32,000 nucleotides of DNA, taken from positions 2,460,001 to 2,492,000 of the forward strand of contig NZ_CP015137.1 in assembly GCF_001644705.1 (NCBI RefSeq), given 5' to 3'. Below the pieces are notes generated by a model. That model was given only the letters and a program-made list of their open reading frames with translations, had not been told where the DNA came from and did no database searches. The translations under genes were made by a program, and so were the position numbers. Below, one piece after another: positions 21,008 through 31,548 of the stretch (the first letter of the stretch is position 1; every line of letters starts with the position of its first letter). This DNA is from Dickeya solani IPO 2222 (lineage in GTDB: Bacteria; Pseudomonadota; Gammaproteobacteria; Enterobacterales; Enterobacteriaceae).

Positions 21008-21492
21008 ATAGCTATCGCCGACACGGGCACTGGATCATCTGGCTCTCCTTTCTGGTGGCAATGGTGCTGCAGATCATGCCCTGGCCGGATGACCTCTACA
21101 TGTATCGCCCTTCCTGGCTGACGCTGATCCTGATTTATTGGGTGATGGCGTTGCCGCATCGGGTCAATGTCGGCACCGGGTTTGTGCTGGGGATGATTAC
21201 CGATCTGATCCTTGGCTCCACGCTGGGAGTTCGGGCGCTGGGGCTGAGCATCATCGCCTATCTGGTGGCGTTCAAATTTCAGTTATTCCGCAACATGGCG
21301 CTGTGGCAGCAGGCGCTGATCGTCATGCTGTTGTCGCTGGTGCTGGATTTGCTGGTGTTCTGGGCGGAGTTCCTGGTGATCAATGTCTCTTTACGACCGG
21401 AAATTTTCTGGAATAGTGTCGTCGACGGCGTACTGTGGCCGTGGCTGTTCCTGCTGATGCGCAAGATTCGCCGCCAGTTCGCCGTTCAATAA
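21004..21492 (+). CDS. mreD: Rod-shape-determining membrane protein MreD
   Basis: There is an ATGA start/stop overlap with mreC. The 162-aa polytopic membrane protein begins [28 protein letters not shown]. Confidence 0.95.
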   Translation: MNSYRRHGHWIIWLSFLVAMVLQIMPWPDDLYMYRPSWLTLILIYWVMALPHRVNVGTGFVLGMITDLILGSTLGVRALGLSIIAYLVAFKFQLFRNMALWQQALIVMLLSLVLDLLVFWAEFLVINVSLRPEIFWNSVVDGVLWPWLFLLMRKIRRQFAVQ

Positions 21493-21516
21493 CAAGAAAA
21501 TGATAAGAGGAAAGTG

Positions 21517-22110
21517 ATGACCGATCTGTATCTGGCGTCCGCGTCGCCTCGTCGCCGCGAACTGCTGACGCTGCTGGAATTGTCGTTCGATATTTTGAAG
21601 ATCGATGTCGCCGAGCAGCGCCAGCCGGATGAAACGCCGGAACAGTATGTCAGCCGTCTGGCGCGCGACAAAGCCGCCGCCGGCGTGGCGGTCGCACCGG
21701 AGGATTTGCCGGTGCTGGGCGCCGACACCATTGTAGTGCTGAACGGTCAGGTGCTGGAAAAACCCCGCGATGAAGACGATGCCGCTCGCATCCTGCGCGC
21801 GTTGTCCGGTCAGCGTCATCAGGTGATGACCGCGCTGGCGCTGGCAGACCGCCGTGAGAGCGTGTCGACCCGGGTCGTGACCGAGGTACAATTTCGCGCG
21901 CTATCCGATGATGAAATTACACAATATATCGCCAGCGGCGAGCCGATGGATAAAGCCGGCGCTTATGGCATCCAGGGAAAGGGCGGATGTTTCGTTAAAT
22001 CGATTTTCGGGAGTTATCACGCCGTGGTAGGGTTGCCATTGGTGGAAACTCTTGAATTGTTCACACATTTTTCTGCACGGCGTAAAGAACGAGGAACCCA
22101 TGACCGCTGA
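21517..22110 (+). CDS. yhdE: Maf-family dTTP/UTP pyrophosphatase YhdE
   Basis: ATG 21517 is 6 nt after GAGG; the track uses the adjacent GTG 21514. The product [17 protein letters not shown]...[19 protein letters not shown]...KAGAYGIQG is 197 aa. Its end overlaps the rng start by 11 nt. Confidence 0.93.
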   Translation: MTDLYLASASPRRRELLTLLELSFDILKIDVAEQRQPDETPEQYVSRLARDKAAAGVAVAPEDLPVLGADTIVVLNGQVLEKPRDEDDAARILRALSGQRHQVMTALALADRRESVSTRVVTEVQFRALSDDEITQYIASGEPMDKAGAYGIQGKGGCFVKSIFGSYHAVVGLPLVETLELFTHFSARRKERGTHDR

Positions 22111-23569
22111 GTTGCTGGTAAACATTACCCCTTCAGAGACGCGCGTCGCTTATATTGACGGCGGTATTTTGCAGGAAATCCATATCGAGCGGGAAGCCCG
22201 ACGTGGGATTGTCGGCAATATCTACAAAGGCCGGGTCAGCCGCGTGTTGCCAGGCATGCAGGCGGCATTCGTCGACATCGGGTTGGATAAGGCGGCGTTT
22301 CTGCACGCTTCCGATATCATGCCGCATACCGAATGCGTGGCTGGCGACGAGCAGAAAAATTTCCATGTGCGCGACATCGCCGAACTGGTGCGTCAGGGGC
22401 AGGACCTGATGGTCCAGGTGGTGAAAGACCCGCTCGGCACCAAGGGCGCACGCCTGACCACCGATATCACGCTGCCATCACGTTATCTGGTGTTTATGCC
22501 GGGTGCGTCGCACGTCGGGGTCTCCCAGCGTATTGAAAGCGAAGCCGAGCGCGAGCGCCTGAAAAAAACGGTGGCTGATTACTGCGACGAACAGGGCGGC
22601 TTTATTATCCGCACCGCCGCCGAAAGCGTGGGCGAAGAAGAGCTGTCGCAAGATGCCGCCTTTCTCAAGCGTTTATGGACCAAGGTGATGGAGCGCAAAA
22701 AGCGCAACCAGACCAAATGCAAACTGTATGGCGAACTGGCGCTGGCCCATCGCATCCTGCGCGATTTCGCCGGCGCGTCGTTGGATCGCATCCGTGTCGA
22801 TTCGAAACTGACCTACGACTCTTTGCTGGAGTTCACCGCCGAATATATTCCGGAAATGACCAGCAAGCTGGAGCATTACAGCGGCAAACAGCCGATTTTC
22901 GACCTGTACGATGTCGAGAATGAGATTCAGCGGGCGCTGGATCGCAAGGTAGAACTGAAATCCGGCGGCTACCTGATTATCGACCAGACGGAAGCGATGA
23001 CCACCATCGATATCAACACCGGCGCGTTTGTCGGTCACCGCAATCTGGACGAAACCATTTTCAATACCAACATCGAAGCGACGCAGGCGATTGCCCGTCA
23101 GCTGCGGCTGCGCAATCTGGGCGGGATCATCATCATCGATTTTATCGATATGGGGAATGAGGAGCACCGCCGTCGCGTGCTGCATTCGCTGGAGCAGGCG
23201 TTAAGCAAGGATCGGGTCAAAACCGGCATCAGCGGCTTCTCTCAATTGGGACTGGTGGAGATGACGCGCAAGCGCACCCGTGAGAGCATAGAACATGTGT
23301 TGTGCAGCGAGTGTCCCACCTGTCACGGCCGCGGGTCGGTAAAAACCGTGGAAACCGTGTGCTATGAAATCATGCGTGAAATCGTGCGTGTGCACCATGC
23401 CTATGACTCCGACCGCTTCCTGGTTTACGCTTCGCCGGCGGTGGGCGACGCATTGAAAAGCGACGAGTCGCATGCGCTGGCGGAAGTGGAGATTTTCGTC
23501 GGCAAGCAGGTCAAGGTTCAGATCGAACCCCTGTACAGCCAGGAACAGTTTGATGTGGTCATGATGTAA
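22100..23569 (+). CDS. rng: Ribonuclease G
   Basis: From ATG 22100 the product begins [61 protein letters not shown]... (S1 domain), with the catalytic region [11 protein letters not shown]. It is 489 aa, the same length as E. coli Rng and colinear with it. Confidence 0.98.
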   Translation: MTAELLVNITPSETRVAYIDGGILQEIHIEREARRGIVGNIYKGRVSRVLPGMQAAFVDIGLDKAAFLHASDIMPHTECVAGDEQKNFHVRDIAELVRQGQDLMVQVVKDPLGTKGARLTTDITLPSRYLVFMPGASHVGVSQRIESEAERERLKKTVADYCDEQGGFIIRTAAESVGEEELSQDAAFLKRLWTKVMERKKRNQTKCKLYGELALAHRILRDFAGASLDRIRVDSKLTYDSLLEFTAEYIPEMTSKLEHYSGKQPIFDLYDVENEIQRALDRKVELKSGGYLIIDQTEAMTTIDINTGAFVGHRNLDETIFNTNIEATQAIARQLRLRNLGGIIIIDFIDMGNEEHRRRVLHSLEQALSKDRVKTGISGFSQLGLVEMTRKRTRESIEHVLCSECPTCHGRGSVKTVETVCYEIMREIVRVHHAYDSDRFLVYASPAVGDALKSDESHALAEVEIFVGKQVKVQIEPLYSQEQFDVVMM

Positions 23570-23578
23570 GGTCATGCT

Positions 23579-23610
23579 GCCCGCCGCCGAAGCCGGCAGG
23601 CGGGCTTTTG
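23579..23610 (+). terminator. Rho-independent terminator-like hairpin after rng
   Basis: GCCCGCC (23579-23585) pairs with GGCGGGC (23599-23605). An inner CCG/CGG extension is present and TTTT follows. It starts 10 nt after the rng stop. Confidence 0.7.
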
Positions 23611-23661
23611 TCTGTTAAAGGTTTTCACTCGTCGCCGGTGACGAACAACGAGGAGACATGT

Positions 23662-26600
23662 GTGAGGCGATTGGCCGGCATAAAACGATTGCCCGGAATA
23701 GCTGCAGCCACGGGTGCCATTCTGATTGTACTGGCCGCGCTGCTGGTCAGCGGCCTGAGAATGGTGCTGCCAACGCTGGATACTTTCCGGCCACAGGTCG
23801 TGGCCTGGGCGCAGTCCGTTACCGGCTTGCCGATAGAGGTGGAGAGTCTCAGCGGCAGTTGGGAAACCTTTGGCCCTACGCTTGATATCACCAACCTGCG
23901 CATTCATCATCCGGACGCCGAGTGGCAATCGGAACGTATTTCGGTGGCGCTGGATGTCTGGCAGTCGCTGCTGCATCTGAAGTGGAAATTCCGCGATCTC
24001 ACGTTTTATCACCTGCAAGTAGACATCAAAACGCCGATCGACCCCGATCGACAGCGCACCCGCACCTGGGAGCCGGATCAACTTGGTTCGTTGTTCCTGC
24101 GGCAGTTCGACCATTTCGACCTGCGCAATAGCCGCATACGCTTTCTGACCCCGGCAGGCACCCAGGCCGAGTTGCAAATTCCCCAACTGACCTGGCTGAA
24201 CGGCAAAAACCGGCACCGGGCGGAAGGGCAGATCAGTCTGTCGAGCTTCAATGGTCAGCACGGCGTGGTGCAGTTGCGCATGGATTTGCGCGATGAACAG
24301 GGCTGGCTGAATAACGGCGTGGTCTATCTGCAGGCCGACAATATCGACATGAAACCGTGGCTGGGTCGCTGGATTCGCAACAACACCGGTCTGGAGAGCG
24401 CCAATTTCAGCCTCGCCGCCTGGTTACAGGTGCGGGAAGGCGATATGTACGGCGGCGATCTGTTGCTCAGCCAGGGCGATGCCAGCTGGCGCGACGGCGC
24501 CACGTTGCATCGGCTGGGGATTAACGGCATGACGCTGCACGCCAGCCGCTACCAGAACGGCTGGCAGCTGGATGTGCCGGCGCTGAACCTGTCCACCGAT
24601 GGCGTCGACTGGCCGAAAGGGCAGTTGTCCGCGCTGTGGCTGCCGGCGGATACCCAATTGCTGGGGCCGGACCGTTCGGCCGAATTACGCATCCGCGGTC
24701 GCCATCTGGCGCTGGAGCGTCTGGGGCCGTTGCTGCCACTGCTAAGCACTACCACGCCGGAACTGAAAACCCGCTGGCAGGCATTACAACCAGAAGGGCA
24801 ACTGACCACGCTGGCGCTGGATATCCCTTTGCAACAACCCGAGCAGACCCGCTTTCAGGCGAGCTGGCAGGATGTCGGTTGGAAAAACTGGCAACGGCTG
24901 CCGGGCGCCAACCATGTTTCCGGTGAGGCGTCCGGCAGTCTGGCGCGTGGGCGGACGCGGGTGATTCTGGCGCAGAGCACGTTGCCGTATCAGGATATGT
25001 TCCGCGCGCCGCTGGATATCCGGCAGGCGGACGCCACGCTGGACTGGCGTAGTGACGCTCAGGGCTGGGAACTGTGGGGGCAGGGGCTGGATGTTCGGTC
25101 CCGTTCGTTGTGGGCCAACGGCGATTTCCGCTATCGTCATCCCGCTCAAGGCGAGCCCCGGCTGGACATTCTGGCCGGGATTCGGCTCGGCGATGCCGCC
25201 GATGCCTGGCGCTATTATCCCGAACCCTTTATGGGCAAGGATCTGGTGAATTACCTGACCGGCGCCATCAAATCGGGTCAGGTGGACAATGCCACGCTGG
25301 TGTTTGCCGGTAATCCGGCGCAATTCCCGTTCGAGCATCAGGAAGGGCAATTCCAGGTCTGGGTGCCGCTGGAAAAATCGCGTTTCGAGTTCCAGCCCGG
25401 CTGGCCGGCGCTGGACAATCTGAACATTACGCTGAATTTCCTTAACAACGGCCTGTGGATGTCGGCGCCGCATGTCATGCTGGGCGACGCCGAAGGACGC
25501 AACATCAATGCAGTGATCCCGGACTACAGCAAGGAAAAGCTGCTGATTGACGGCGATATCAGCGGCAGTGGTAAACAAGTGAGCGATTACTTCGCACAGA
25601 CGCCGATGAAAACCTCGTTGGGCAGCGCGCTGACGCAGATCCAGATTGGCGGAGACGTCCAGGGCAACCTGCATCTCGACATCCCGCTCAATGGCGGGCT
25701 GGTGAAGGCCAGCGGCGACGTGGCGCTCAGCAATAACCAGCTGTTTATCAAGCCGCTGGATGTGTTGCTCCAGTCAGTCAGTGGGAAGTTCCATTACGAT
25801 AACGGCAATCTCGCCAGCCAGACGCTACAGGCGCGCTGGCTCGAACAACCGCTCACCTTCAATTTTTCGACTCAGGAACAGGAAAAAGCGTTTCTGGTGA
25901 ATGTCGGATTGCAGGGAAACTGGGCGGTGTCCCGCCTGCCGGGGCTGCCCAAACCGGTAGCGGCAGCGCTTAATGGCAATGCCAACTGGCAGAGCGCGGT
26001 ACAGGTCACGTTGCCGCAGCAGGGGCCGTCCAGTTATGAGGTGACGGTTCAGGGTGATCTTAAGGAAGTGAGCAGTCACTTACCTTCTCCGCTGAATAAA
26101 GCCGGAGGAGCGGCGTTGGGGCTTCAGGTTAGCGCCAAAGGGGACGTGCGCGGTTTCTCGCTTACCGGTTCATTGGGAAAAAACCAGTCTTTTAACAGTC
26201 AGTGGCTGCTTAAAGACAACAATGTCATGCTAACGCGAGCCGCCTGGCAGGAAGGGGCGAAACCCCCGCCGCTGCCGGATGATTCGTCGCTGACGCTGGC
26301 GCTGCCGCCGCTGGATGGCGAGCGTTGGCTGGCACTGCTGCCCGGCGTGCGCAACGCCGTGTCGGCACAAGCCGGAACCAGCCGTTTTCAGTGGCCGGAG
26401 CGGGTGACGCTGACCACGCCGGAACTGAAAATACTCGGTCAGCAATGGCATGACCTGATGTTTACCAGCCGCAGTCAGAACGGCGGCAGCGAAATCACCG
26501 CCGCCGGCAGGGAAATCGATGGTCGCCTGCTGATTCCGACGTCCGGGCTGTGGCGCGGCGATGTGCGCTATCTTTATTACAATCCGCAGTGGCAAGGTGA

Positions 26601-27516
26601 CGATGCGACTAATCCGGCGGTGCTGGCGGAGAAAAAATCGCCGCTCAATGATCCCAGTATTCGCTTTGAAGACTGGCCGGCGCTGCAGTTTGACTGCCGT
26701 GAATGCTGGCTGATGGGGCAAAACGTCGGGCAGGTGAAAGGTACGCTGCAACCGGAACCCAACAAGCTGGTGCTGGCCAACGGGCTGGTCGACAACGGTA
26801 AGGCGAAGCTGACGCTGGACGGCAGTTGGCAGGAAAGCGGTGAAGGCCCCCGCACCGCGATCAAAGGGCAGTTGTCCGGCGGCAGCCTGAGCGACAACGC
26901 CGACTGGCTGGGGCTGGCGACGCCGCTGCGCGCCGGTGCGTTCAAAATCGACTATGACCTCTACTGGCACGGTTCACCGTGGGCGCCGCATATTCCGAGC
27001 CTGAGCGGGATTCTGAAAACCGATATCGGCAAAGGCGAAATCGTCAACGTCGGCACCGGTCAGGCCGGGCAATTATTACGGCTGGTGAGTTTCGATGCGT
27101 TGCTGCGTAAGCTACAGTTTGATTTCAGCGACACCTTCGGCAAAGGTTTTTACTTTGACTCGGTTCGCAGCACGGCGTGGATAAAAGACGGGGTGCTGCA
27201 CACCGATAATTTGCTGGTGGACGGCCTTGAGGCGGATATCGCCATGAAAGGCGACATCGACCTGGTGAAGCGCGAGCTGTCGATGGAAGCGGTGGTGGCG
27301 CCGGAGATTTCCGCCACCGTCGGCGTGGCGACCGCCTTTGCGGTTAACCCGGTGATCGGGGCGGCGGTGTTTGCCGCCAGTAAGGTGCTGGCGCCGTTGT
27401 GGAGTAAAATTTCCCTGATTCGTTACCACATTTCCGGTAGTGTGGATCAACCAAAGATTCAGGAAGTAGTGCGTGAACCGCAAAAAGCCAAAGCCGCCGA
27501 GGCGGCGGGCCAGTAA
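23662..27516 (+). CDS. yhdP: AsmA-like inner-membrane-anchored envelope protein YhdP (implicated in phospholipid transport to the outer membrane)
   Basis: The start is GTG 23662, 5 nt after AGGAGA. The N-terminus (M)RRLAGIKRLPGIAAATGAILIVLAALLVSGLRMVLP aligns with the E. coli YhdP start MRRLPGILLL... It is 1284 aa, and the conserved C-terminus reads VVAPEISATVGVATAFAVNPVIGAAVFAASKVLAPLWSKISLIRYHISG. The track start ATG 23608 lies within the rng terminator T-tract. Confidence 0.93.
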   Translation: MRRLAGIKRLPGIAAATGAILIVLAALLVSGLRMVLPTLDTFRPQVVAWAQSVTGLPIEVESLSGSWETFGPTLDITNLRIHHPDAEWQSERISVALDVWQSLLHLKWKFRDLTFYHLQVDIKTPIDPDRQRTRTWEPDQLGSLFLRQFDHFDLRNSRIRFLTPAGTQAELQIPQLTWLNGKNRHRAEGQISLSSFNGQHGVVQLRMDLRDEQGWLNNGVVYLQADNIDMKPWLGRWIRNNTGLESANFSLAAWLQVREGDMYGGDLLLSQGDASWRDGATLHRLGINGMTLHASRYQNGWQLDVPALNLSTDGVDWPKGQLSALWLPADTQLLGPDRSAELRIRGRHLALERLGPLLPLLSTTTPELKTRWQALQPEGQLTTLALDIPLQQPEQTRFQASWQDVGWKNWQRLPGANHVSGEASGSLARGRTRVILAQSTLPYQDMFRAPLDIRQADATLDWRSDAQGWELWGQGLDVRSRSLWANGDFRYRHPAQGEPRLDILAGIRLGDAADAWRYYPEPFMGKDLVNYLTGAIKSGQVDNATLVFAGNPAQFPFEHQEGQFQVWVPLEKSRFEFQPGWPALDNLNITLNFLNNGLWMSAPHVMLGDAEGRNINAVIPDYSKEKLLIDGDISGSGKQVSDYFAQTPMKTSLGSALTQIQIGGDVQGNLHLDIPLNGGLVKASGDVALSNNQLFIKPLDVLLQSVSGKFHYDNGNLASQTLQARWLEQPLTFNFSTQEQEKAFLVNVGLQGNWAVSRLPGLPKPVAAALNGNANWQSAVQVTLPQQGPSSYEVTVQGDLKEVSSHLPSPLNKAGGAALGLQVSAKGDVRGFSLTGSLGKNQSFNSQWLLKDNNVMLTRAAWQEGAKPPPLPDDSSLTLALPPLDGERWLALLPGVRNAVSAQAGTSRFQWPERVTLTTPELKILGQQWHDLMFTSRSQNGGSEITAAGREIDGRLLIPTSGLWRGDVRYLYYNPQWQGDDATNPAVLAEKKSPLNDPSIRFEDWPALQFDCRECWLMGQNVGQVKGTLQPEPNKLVLANGLVDNGKAKLTLDGSWQESGEGPRTAIKGQLSGGSLSDNADWLGLATPLRAGAFKIDYDLYWHGSPWAPHIPSLSGILKTDIGKGEIVNVGTGQAGQLLRLVSFDALLRKLQFDFSDTFGKGFYFDSVRSTAWIKDGVLHTDNLLVDGLEADIAMKGDIDLVKRELSMEAVVAPEISATVGVATAFAVNPVIGAAVFAASKVLAPLWSKISLIRYHISGSVDQPKIQEVVREPQKAKAAEAAGQ

Positions 27517-27562
27517 CTGCGGTCTGGTTATCTGATGACATTGACAATAAGAGTGACATTCT

Positions 27563-29008
27563 ATGAGTCTGACATTTGTCAGTGAGCAATTACTCACGGC
27601 CAATAAACTGAGCCATCAGGATTTACAGTCCGTTTTAGGCACGTTGAGTGAACGGCGTATCGACTACGCCGACCTGTATTTTCAGTCAAGCTATCATGAG
27701 TCCTGGGTGCTGGAAGACCGCATCATCAAGGACGGTTCTTATCATATCGATCAGGGTGTGGGAATTCGGGCCATTAACGGCGAGAAGACCGGTTTTGCCT
27801 ACGCCGACCAGATTACGCTCAATGCGCTGCAGCAGAGCGCGCAGGCCGCGCGCAGCATTGTGCGCGAGCAGGGTAACGGCGCGGTCAAAACGCTGGGTGA
27901 AGTGCCGCATCGCGGCCTGTACCCGCAGGCCAATCCGCTGGACAGCCTGACACGTGAAGAGAAGATCGCGCTGTTGCAACGGGTTGACGCTACCGCCCGC
28001 GCGGCGGATGCGCGCGTGCAGGAAGTCACCGCCAGTCTGACCGGCGTGTATGAGCTGATTCTGGTGGCCGCCACCGACGGCACGCTGGCGGCGGATGTGC
28101 GCCCGCTGGTGCGGTTGTCCGTCAGCGTGCTGGTGGAGGAAGACGGCCGTCGTGAACGCGGCTCCAGCGGCGGCGGCGCGCGTACCGGCTACGATTATTT
28201 CTGGCAGCAGGCGGATGGCGAAGTACGGGCGGAAGCCTGGGCTAAAGAGGCGGTGCGCATGGCGCTGGTCAATTTGTCCGCCGTGGCGGCGCCGGCTGGC
28301 TCGATGCCGGTGGTGCTGGGGGCTGGCTGGCCGGGCGTGCTGCTGCACGAAGCGGTCGGTCACGGTCTGGAAGGCGATTTCAACCGTCGCGGCACCTCGG
28401 TGTTCAGCGGTCAGATGGGCAAGCTGGTGGCGTCCGAGCTGTGCACGGTGGTGGATGACGGCACGCTGGAAGAGCGTCGCGGGTCGCTGGCGATGGATGA
28501 CGAAGGCGTGCCCGGCCAGTACAACGTGCTGATCGAGAACGGTATTCTCAAAGGCTACATGCAGGACAAACTGAACGCCCGTCTGATGGGCGTCGCGCCG
28601 ACCGGCAACGGCCGCCGCGAGTCTTACGCCCATCTGCCGATGCCGCGTATGACCAACACCTACATGCTGGCGGGCAAATCCACCCCGGAGGAGATCATCG
28701 CCAGCGTGGATTACGGCCTGTACGCGCCGAACTTTGGCGGCGGCCAGGTGGATATCACCTCCGGCAAGTTCGTGTTCTCCACGTCCGAGGCGTACCTGAT
28801 CGAGAACGGTCGCGTCACCAAACCGGTGAAGGGTGCGACGCTGATTGGCTCCGGCATTGAAGCCATGCAGCAGATCTCGATGGTCGGCAACGATCTGGCG
28901 CTGGATAGAGGCGTCGGGGTGTGCGGCAAGGAAGGGCAAAGCCTGCCGGTCGGCGTTGGTCAGCCGACGCTGAAGCTCGACAACATTACGGTGGGCGGCA
29001 CCGCTTAA
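27563..29008 (+). CDS. tldD: Metalloprotease TldD
   Basis: The product begins [21 protein letters not shown]... It has the HExxH-type motif [13 protein letters not shown], is 481 aa, and is colinear with E. coli TldD. Confidence 0.98.
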   Translation: MSLTFVSEQLLTANKLSHQDLQSVLGTLSERRIDYADLYFQSSYHESWVLEDRIIKDGSYHIDQGVGIRAINGEKTGFAYADQITLNALQQSAQAARSIVREQGNGAVKTLGEVPHRGLYPQANPLDSLTREEKIALLQRVDATARAADARVQEVTASLTGVYELILVAATDGTLAADVRPLVRLSVSVLVEEDGRRERGSSGGGARTGYDYFWQQADGEVRAEAWAKEAVRMALVNLSAVAAPAGSMPVVLGAGWPGVLLHEAVGHGLEGDFNRRGTSVFSGQMGKLVASELCTVVDDGTLEERRGSLAMDDEGVPGQYNVLIENGILKGYMQDKLNARLMGVAPTGNGRRESYAHLPMPRMTNTYMLAGKSTPEEIIASVDYGLYAPNFGGGQVDITSGKFVFSTSEAYLIENGRVTKPVKGATLIGSGIEAMQQISMVGNDLALDRGVGVCGKEGQSLPVGVGQPTLKLDNITVGGTA

Positions 29009-29071
29009 GCCACCGCGCGATAAGCGTCAATGGGTTAGTTGTTGCGTTATTCGTTGTCGCGTTAATCGTTC

Positions 29072-29097
29072 AATCAGGCCGCCTGCGCGGCCTGATT
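29072..29097. terminator. Bidirectional terminator between tldD (+) and aaeR (-)
   Basis: An 11-bp perfect stem AATCAGGCCGC / GCGGCCTGATT has a 4-nt loop (CTGC) and is followed by TTATTT. The right arm overlaps the aaeR stop codon (29097-29099). Confidence 0.75.
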
Positions 29098-30041
29098 TAT
29101 TTCTGCGGCGGCTCGGCCTGCGAATGTTCCTGCCGGTATCCCTGATAAATCAGCGCCACCCTGTTGAAGTACTCGGTCAGGTAGTTGATGCACACCTGTA
29201 CTTTCAGCGGCAGGTTGTCGCGGCGGGTGTAGAGCGCGTACACCGGGCGCGGGTCCGAATGATAACGCGGGAACAGGATCTCTATTTCGCCGCGTTTGAT
29301 CTCTTCAAATACCCACATTAGCGGCACATAGGCGATGCCGGCGCCGTTTTTCAGCCAGCGAATCAGCGTGACCGGGTCGTTGGTGACGAAGCGCCCTTGC
29401 GGCGTCAGCCGGGTGGTGATGCCTTCCGGTGCTATCAGCTCAAATTCGCTGTCCGGGCGGACGCTGTATTCCAGCCAGGAAATGTTGCTCACGTCAGCGG
29501 GTTTTTCCGGCGAGCCGTGCTGCGTCAGATAGCTTCTGGCGGCGCAGACCACCATCGGCATAGAGCCGAGACGGGTGCTGTACAGGCTGGAATCCTGCAG
29601 CGCACCGACCCGGATGACGATGTCCAGCCCGTCGGCGATCAGGTCCGGGGCCGGAATGCCGCACACCAGATTGACCGACAGCCCCGGGTATTCCTTCAGC
29701 ATGTCGGTGGTCATATTCGCCAGCACGTTTTGCGCCATGGTGGAGGAACTGCCGATGCGCAGCGTACCGATCGGGGTGTTGTTGAACGCATATAACTGCT
29801 CATGTACTTCCTGCGCTTCGTGCAACATGCGGCGGCAGCCGTGGTAGTAAATTCTGCCGGCTTCCGTCAGCCCGATGCTACGGGTGCTACGGTTGAGTAA
29901 TTTCACCTGCAATTCATCTTCCAGCCGGGTAACCGTCTGGCTGACGGCGGATACGCTCATCGCCAACTGGCGGGCGGCGGCGGTGAACGAACCGAATTCC
30001 ACCACTCTGGCGAAGACCGACATGCTTTTTAATCGTTCCAT
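29097..30041 (-). CDS. aaeR: LysR-type regulator AaeR, activator of the aaeXAB aromatic carboxylic acid efflux operon
   Basis: The product MERLKSMSVFARVVEFGSFTAAARQLAMSVSAVSQTVTRLEDELQVKLLNRSTRSIGLTEAGRIYY... is colinear with E. coli AaeR. It is divergent from aaeX, as in E. coli. Confidence 0.93.
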   Translation of the reverse strand: MERLKSMSVFARVVEFGSFTAAARQLAMSVSAVSQTVTRLEDELQVKLLNRSTRSIGLTEAGRIYYHGCRRMLHEAQEVHEQLYAFNNTPIGTLRIGSSSTMAQNVLANMTTDMLKEYPGLSVNLVCGIPAPDLIADGLDIVIRVGALQDSSLYSTRLGSMPMVVCAARSYLTQHGSPEKPADVSNISWLEYSVRPDSEFELIAPEGITTRLTPQGRFVTNDPVTLIRWLKNGAGIAYVPLMWVFEEIKRGEIEILFPRYHSDPRPVYALYTRRDNLPLKVQVCINYLTEYFNRVALIYQGYRQEHSQAEPPQK

Positions 30042-30379
30042 TGTTAACCCTGGCTTAAAAGTGATTTAGATCACAGTACGTAGATAACACAATAATAACG
30101 TTTCATAATATAGCCTGTCTGACCACGAAGCGTGGGTTTGATTACCCATCTCGCCTACCGTGGTCGTTCCGAAGGGTTTAAAAACGCTGATTTAACGTCG
30201 CAAGCGATATGTATTAAATCAGAGCCCGCCATCGTGATTATTCAGTTAAAGCTGTGTCTTTCACCCGCTGGCAGCGATGCCGGCGGGAATGGGTGTTTAC
30301 CTCATCTTCCCCGTTTCCGACACACACGGTTGCTGATGTGAGCGACGGGCGGCGTGATGGTGAAAATAAGGAAAAGAGG

Positions 30380-30583
30380 ATGAATTCACTCCCGGTCATG
30401 GTGCTGTTCGGCCTGTCTTTCCCGCCGGTGTTTTTTGTGCTGCTGGTAACGCTGGCGCTGTTTTTTATCTGTATCCGACTGCTGCATCCCACGGGCATTT
30501 ACGATCGGGTCTGGCACCCGGCTCTGTTTAATACCGCGTTGTTTGTCTGCCTGTTCTATCTGCTGTTTCGTTTCGGTCTTTGA
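30380..30583 (+). CDS. aaeX: Small membrane protein AaeX
   Basis: ATG 30380 follows AAGAGGA. The 67-aa product [67 protein letters not shown] matches E. coli AaeX in length and sequence. The track ORF (from 30254) has a spurious 42-aa extension. Confidence 0.9.
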   Translation: MNSLPVMVLFGLSFPPVFFVLLVTLALFFICIRLLHPTGIYDRVWHPALFNTALFVCLFYLLFRFGL

Positions 30584-30590
30584 GGTTGTT

Positions 30591-31538
30591 GTGAAAGCAT
30601 CTGTTGTGAAAGTGATGATCAAAAAATTCAGCCGCATGGCCATCACGCTATTGCTGGTGTTGCTGGCTGCGGTGGCGCTGGTGCGCGTATGGTCGTTTTA
30701 CACCGAATCTCCCTGGACCCGTGACGCCCGTTTCAGCGCCGATGTGGTGGCGATCGCCCCCGATGTCAGCGGCCTGCTGACCGATGTGAACGTGCAGGAT
30801 AACCAGCCGGTGAAACAAGGCGATGTGCTGTTCGTGATTGACCAACCGCGTTACCAGCAGGCGCTGGAGCAGGCGCAGGCGGACGTGGCCTACTATCAGG
30901 CGCTGGCCGATGAGAAAAAGCGGGAGTCGGCACGTCGTCAGCGCCTCGGCGTGCAGGCGATGTCGCGCGAAGAGATTGAACAGTCTGACAATGCGCTGCA
31001 AACCACACTGCATCAACTGGCGAAGGCACAGGCGGAGCGGGAACTGGCGAAGCTCGATCTGGCGCGTACGGTGGTGCGTGCCCCGGCCGATGGCTGGATA
31101 ACCAACCTGCATGTGCATGTCGGCGAATACATTACCCGTGGCTCCACCGCGGTGGCGCTGGTGAAAAAGGATTCGTTCTACCTGCTGGCCTACATGGAGG
31201 AAACCAAACTGGCGGGCGTGCGCCCCGGCTATCGGGTGGAAATCACCCCGCTGGGCAGCAACCAGATTCTGTTCGGCGCGGTGGATAGTATCGCCGCCGG
31301 GGTAACCAACAGCAGCAGCTCCGCCGATACCAAAGGGCTGGCGACAGTGGATTCCAATCTGGAGTGGGTGCGGCTGGCGCAGCGGGTGCCGGTCAGGATT
31401 CGTCTCGAACAGCAATGGGGTGACCTGTACCCGGCCGGGACCACCGCCACGGTGGTGGTCACCGGTGAACAAACCCGCAACACCAAGCCGATGTCGCCGT
31501 TACTGCAACTGTTGCATCGCCTGCGCGAGTTCGGTTAA
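30591..31538 (+). CDS. aaeA: p-Hydroxybenzoic acid efflux pump, membrane-fusion subunit AaeA (HlyD family)
   Basis: [52 protein letters not shown]... is colinear with E. coli AaeA through to ...HRLREFG. The start is ambiguous: GTG 30591 lies 5 nt after GAGG and 7 nt after the aaeX stop, which I prefer, while ATG 30615 has a poor SD. The track start at 30543 is inside aaeX. Confidence 0.9.
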   Translation: MKASVVKVMIKKFSRMAITLLLVLLAAVALVRVWSFYTESPWTRDARFSADVVAIAPDVSGLLTDVNVQDNQPVKQGDVLFVIDQPRYQQALEQAQADVAYYQALADEKKRESARRQRLGVQAMSREEIEQSDNALQTTLHQLAKAQAERELAKLDLARTVVRAPADGWITNLHVHVGEYITRGSTAVALVKKDSFYLLAYMEETKLAGVRPGYRVEITPLGSNQILFGAVDSIAAGVTNSSSSADTKGLATVDSNLEWVRLAQRVPVRIRLEQQWGDLYPAGTTATVVVTGEQTRNTKPMSPLLQLLHRLREFG

Positions 31539-31548
31539 GCGAGCGTCT

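Noticed and set aside
27686-28939. 417-aa ORF antisense to tldD, and likewise 24784-25674 and 26230-26970 antisense to yhdP, 30648-31472 antisense to aaeA, 9149-10015 antisense to panF, and 6924-7856 antisense to dusB
   Set aside because: All of these lie entirely within well-supported conserved genes on the other strand. They encode Arg/His/Gln-rich products without motifs and lack SD sequences.
30132-30341. 69-aa ORF in the aaeR-aaeX intergenic region, and the 42-aa N-terminal extension of the aaeX track ORF (30254-30379)
   Set aside because: Neither has an SD or homology-like features. aaeX has a strong SD at its conserved ATG 30380 and matches the 67-aa E. coli protein exactly in length.
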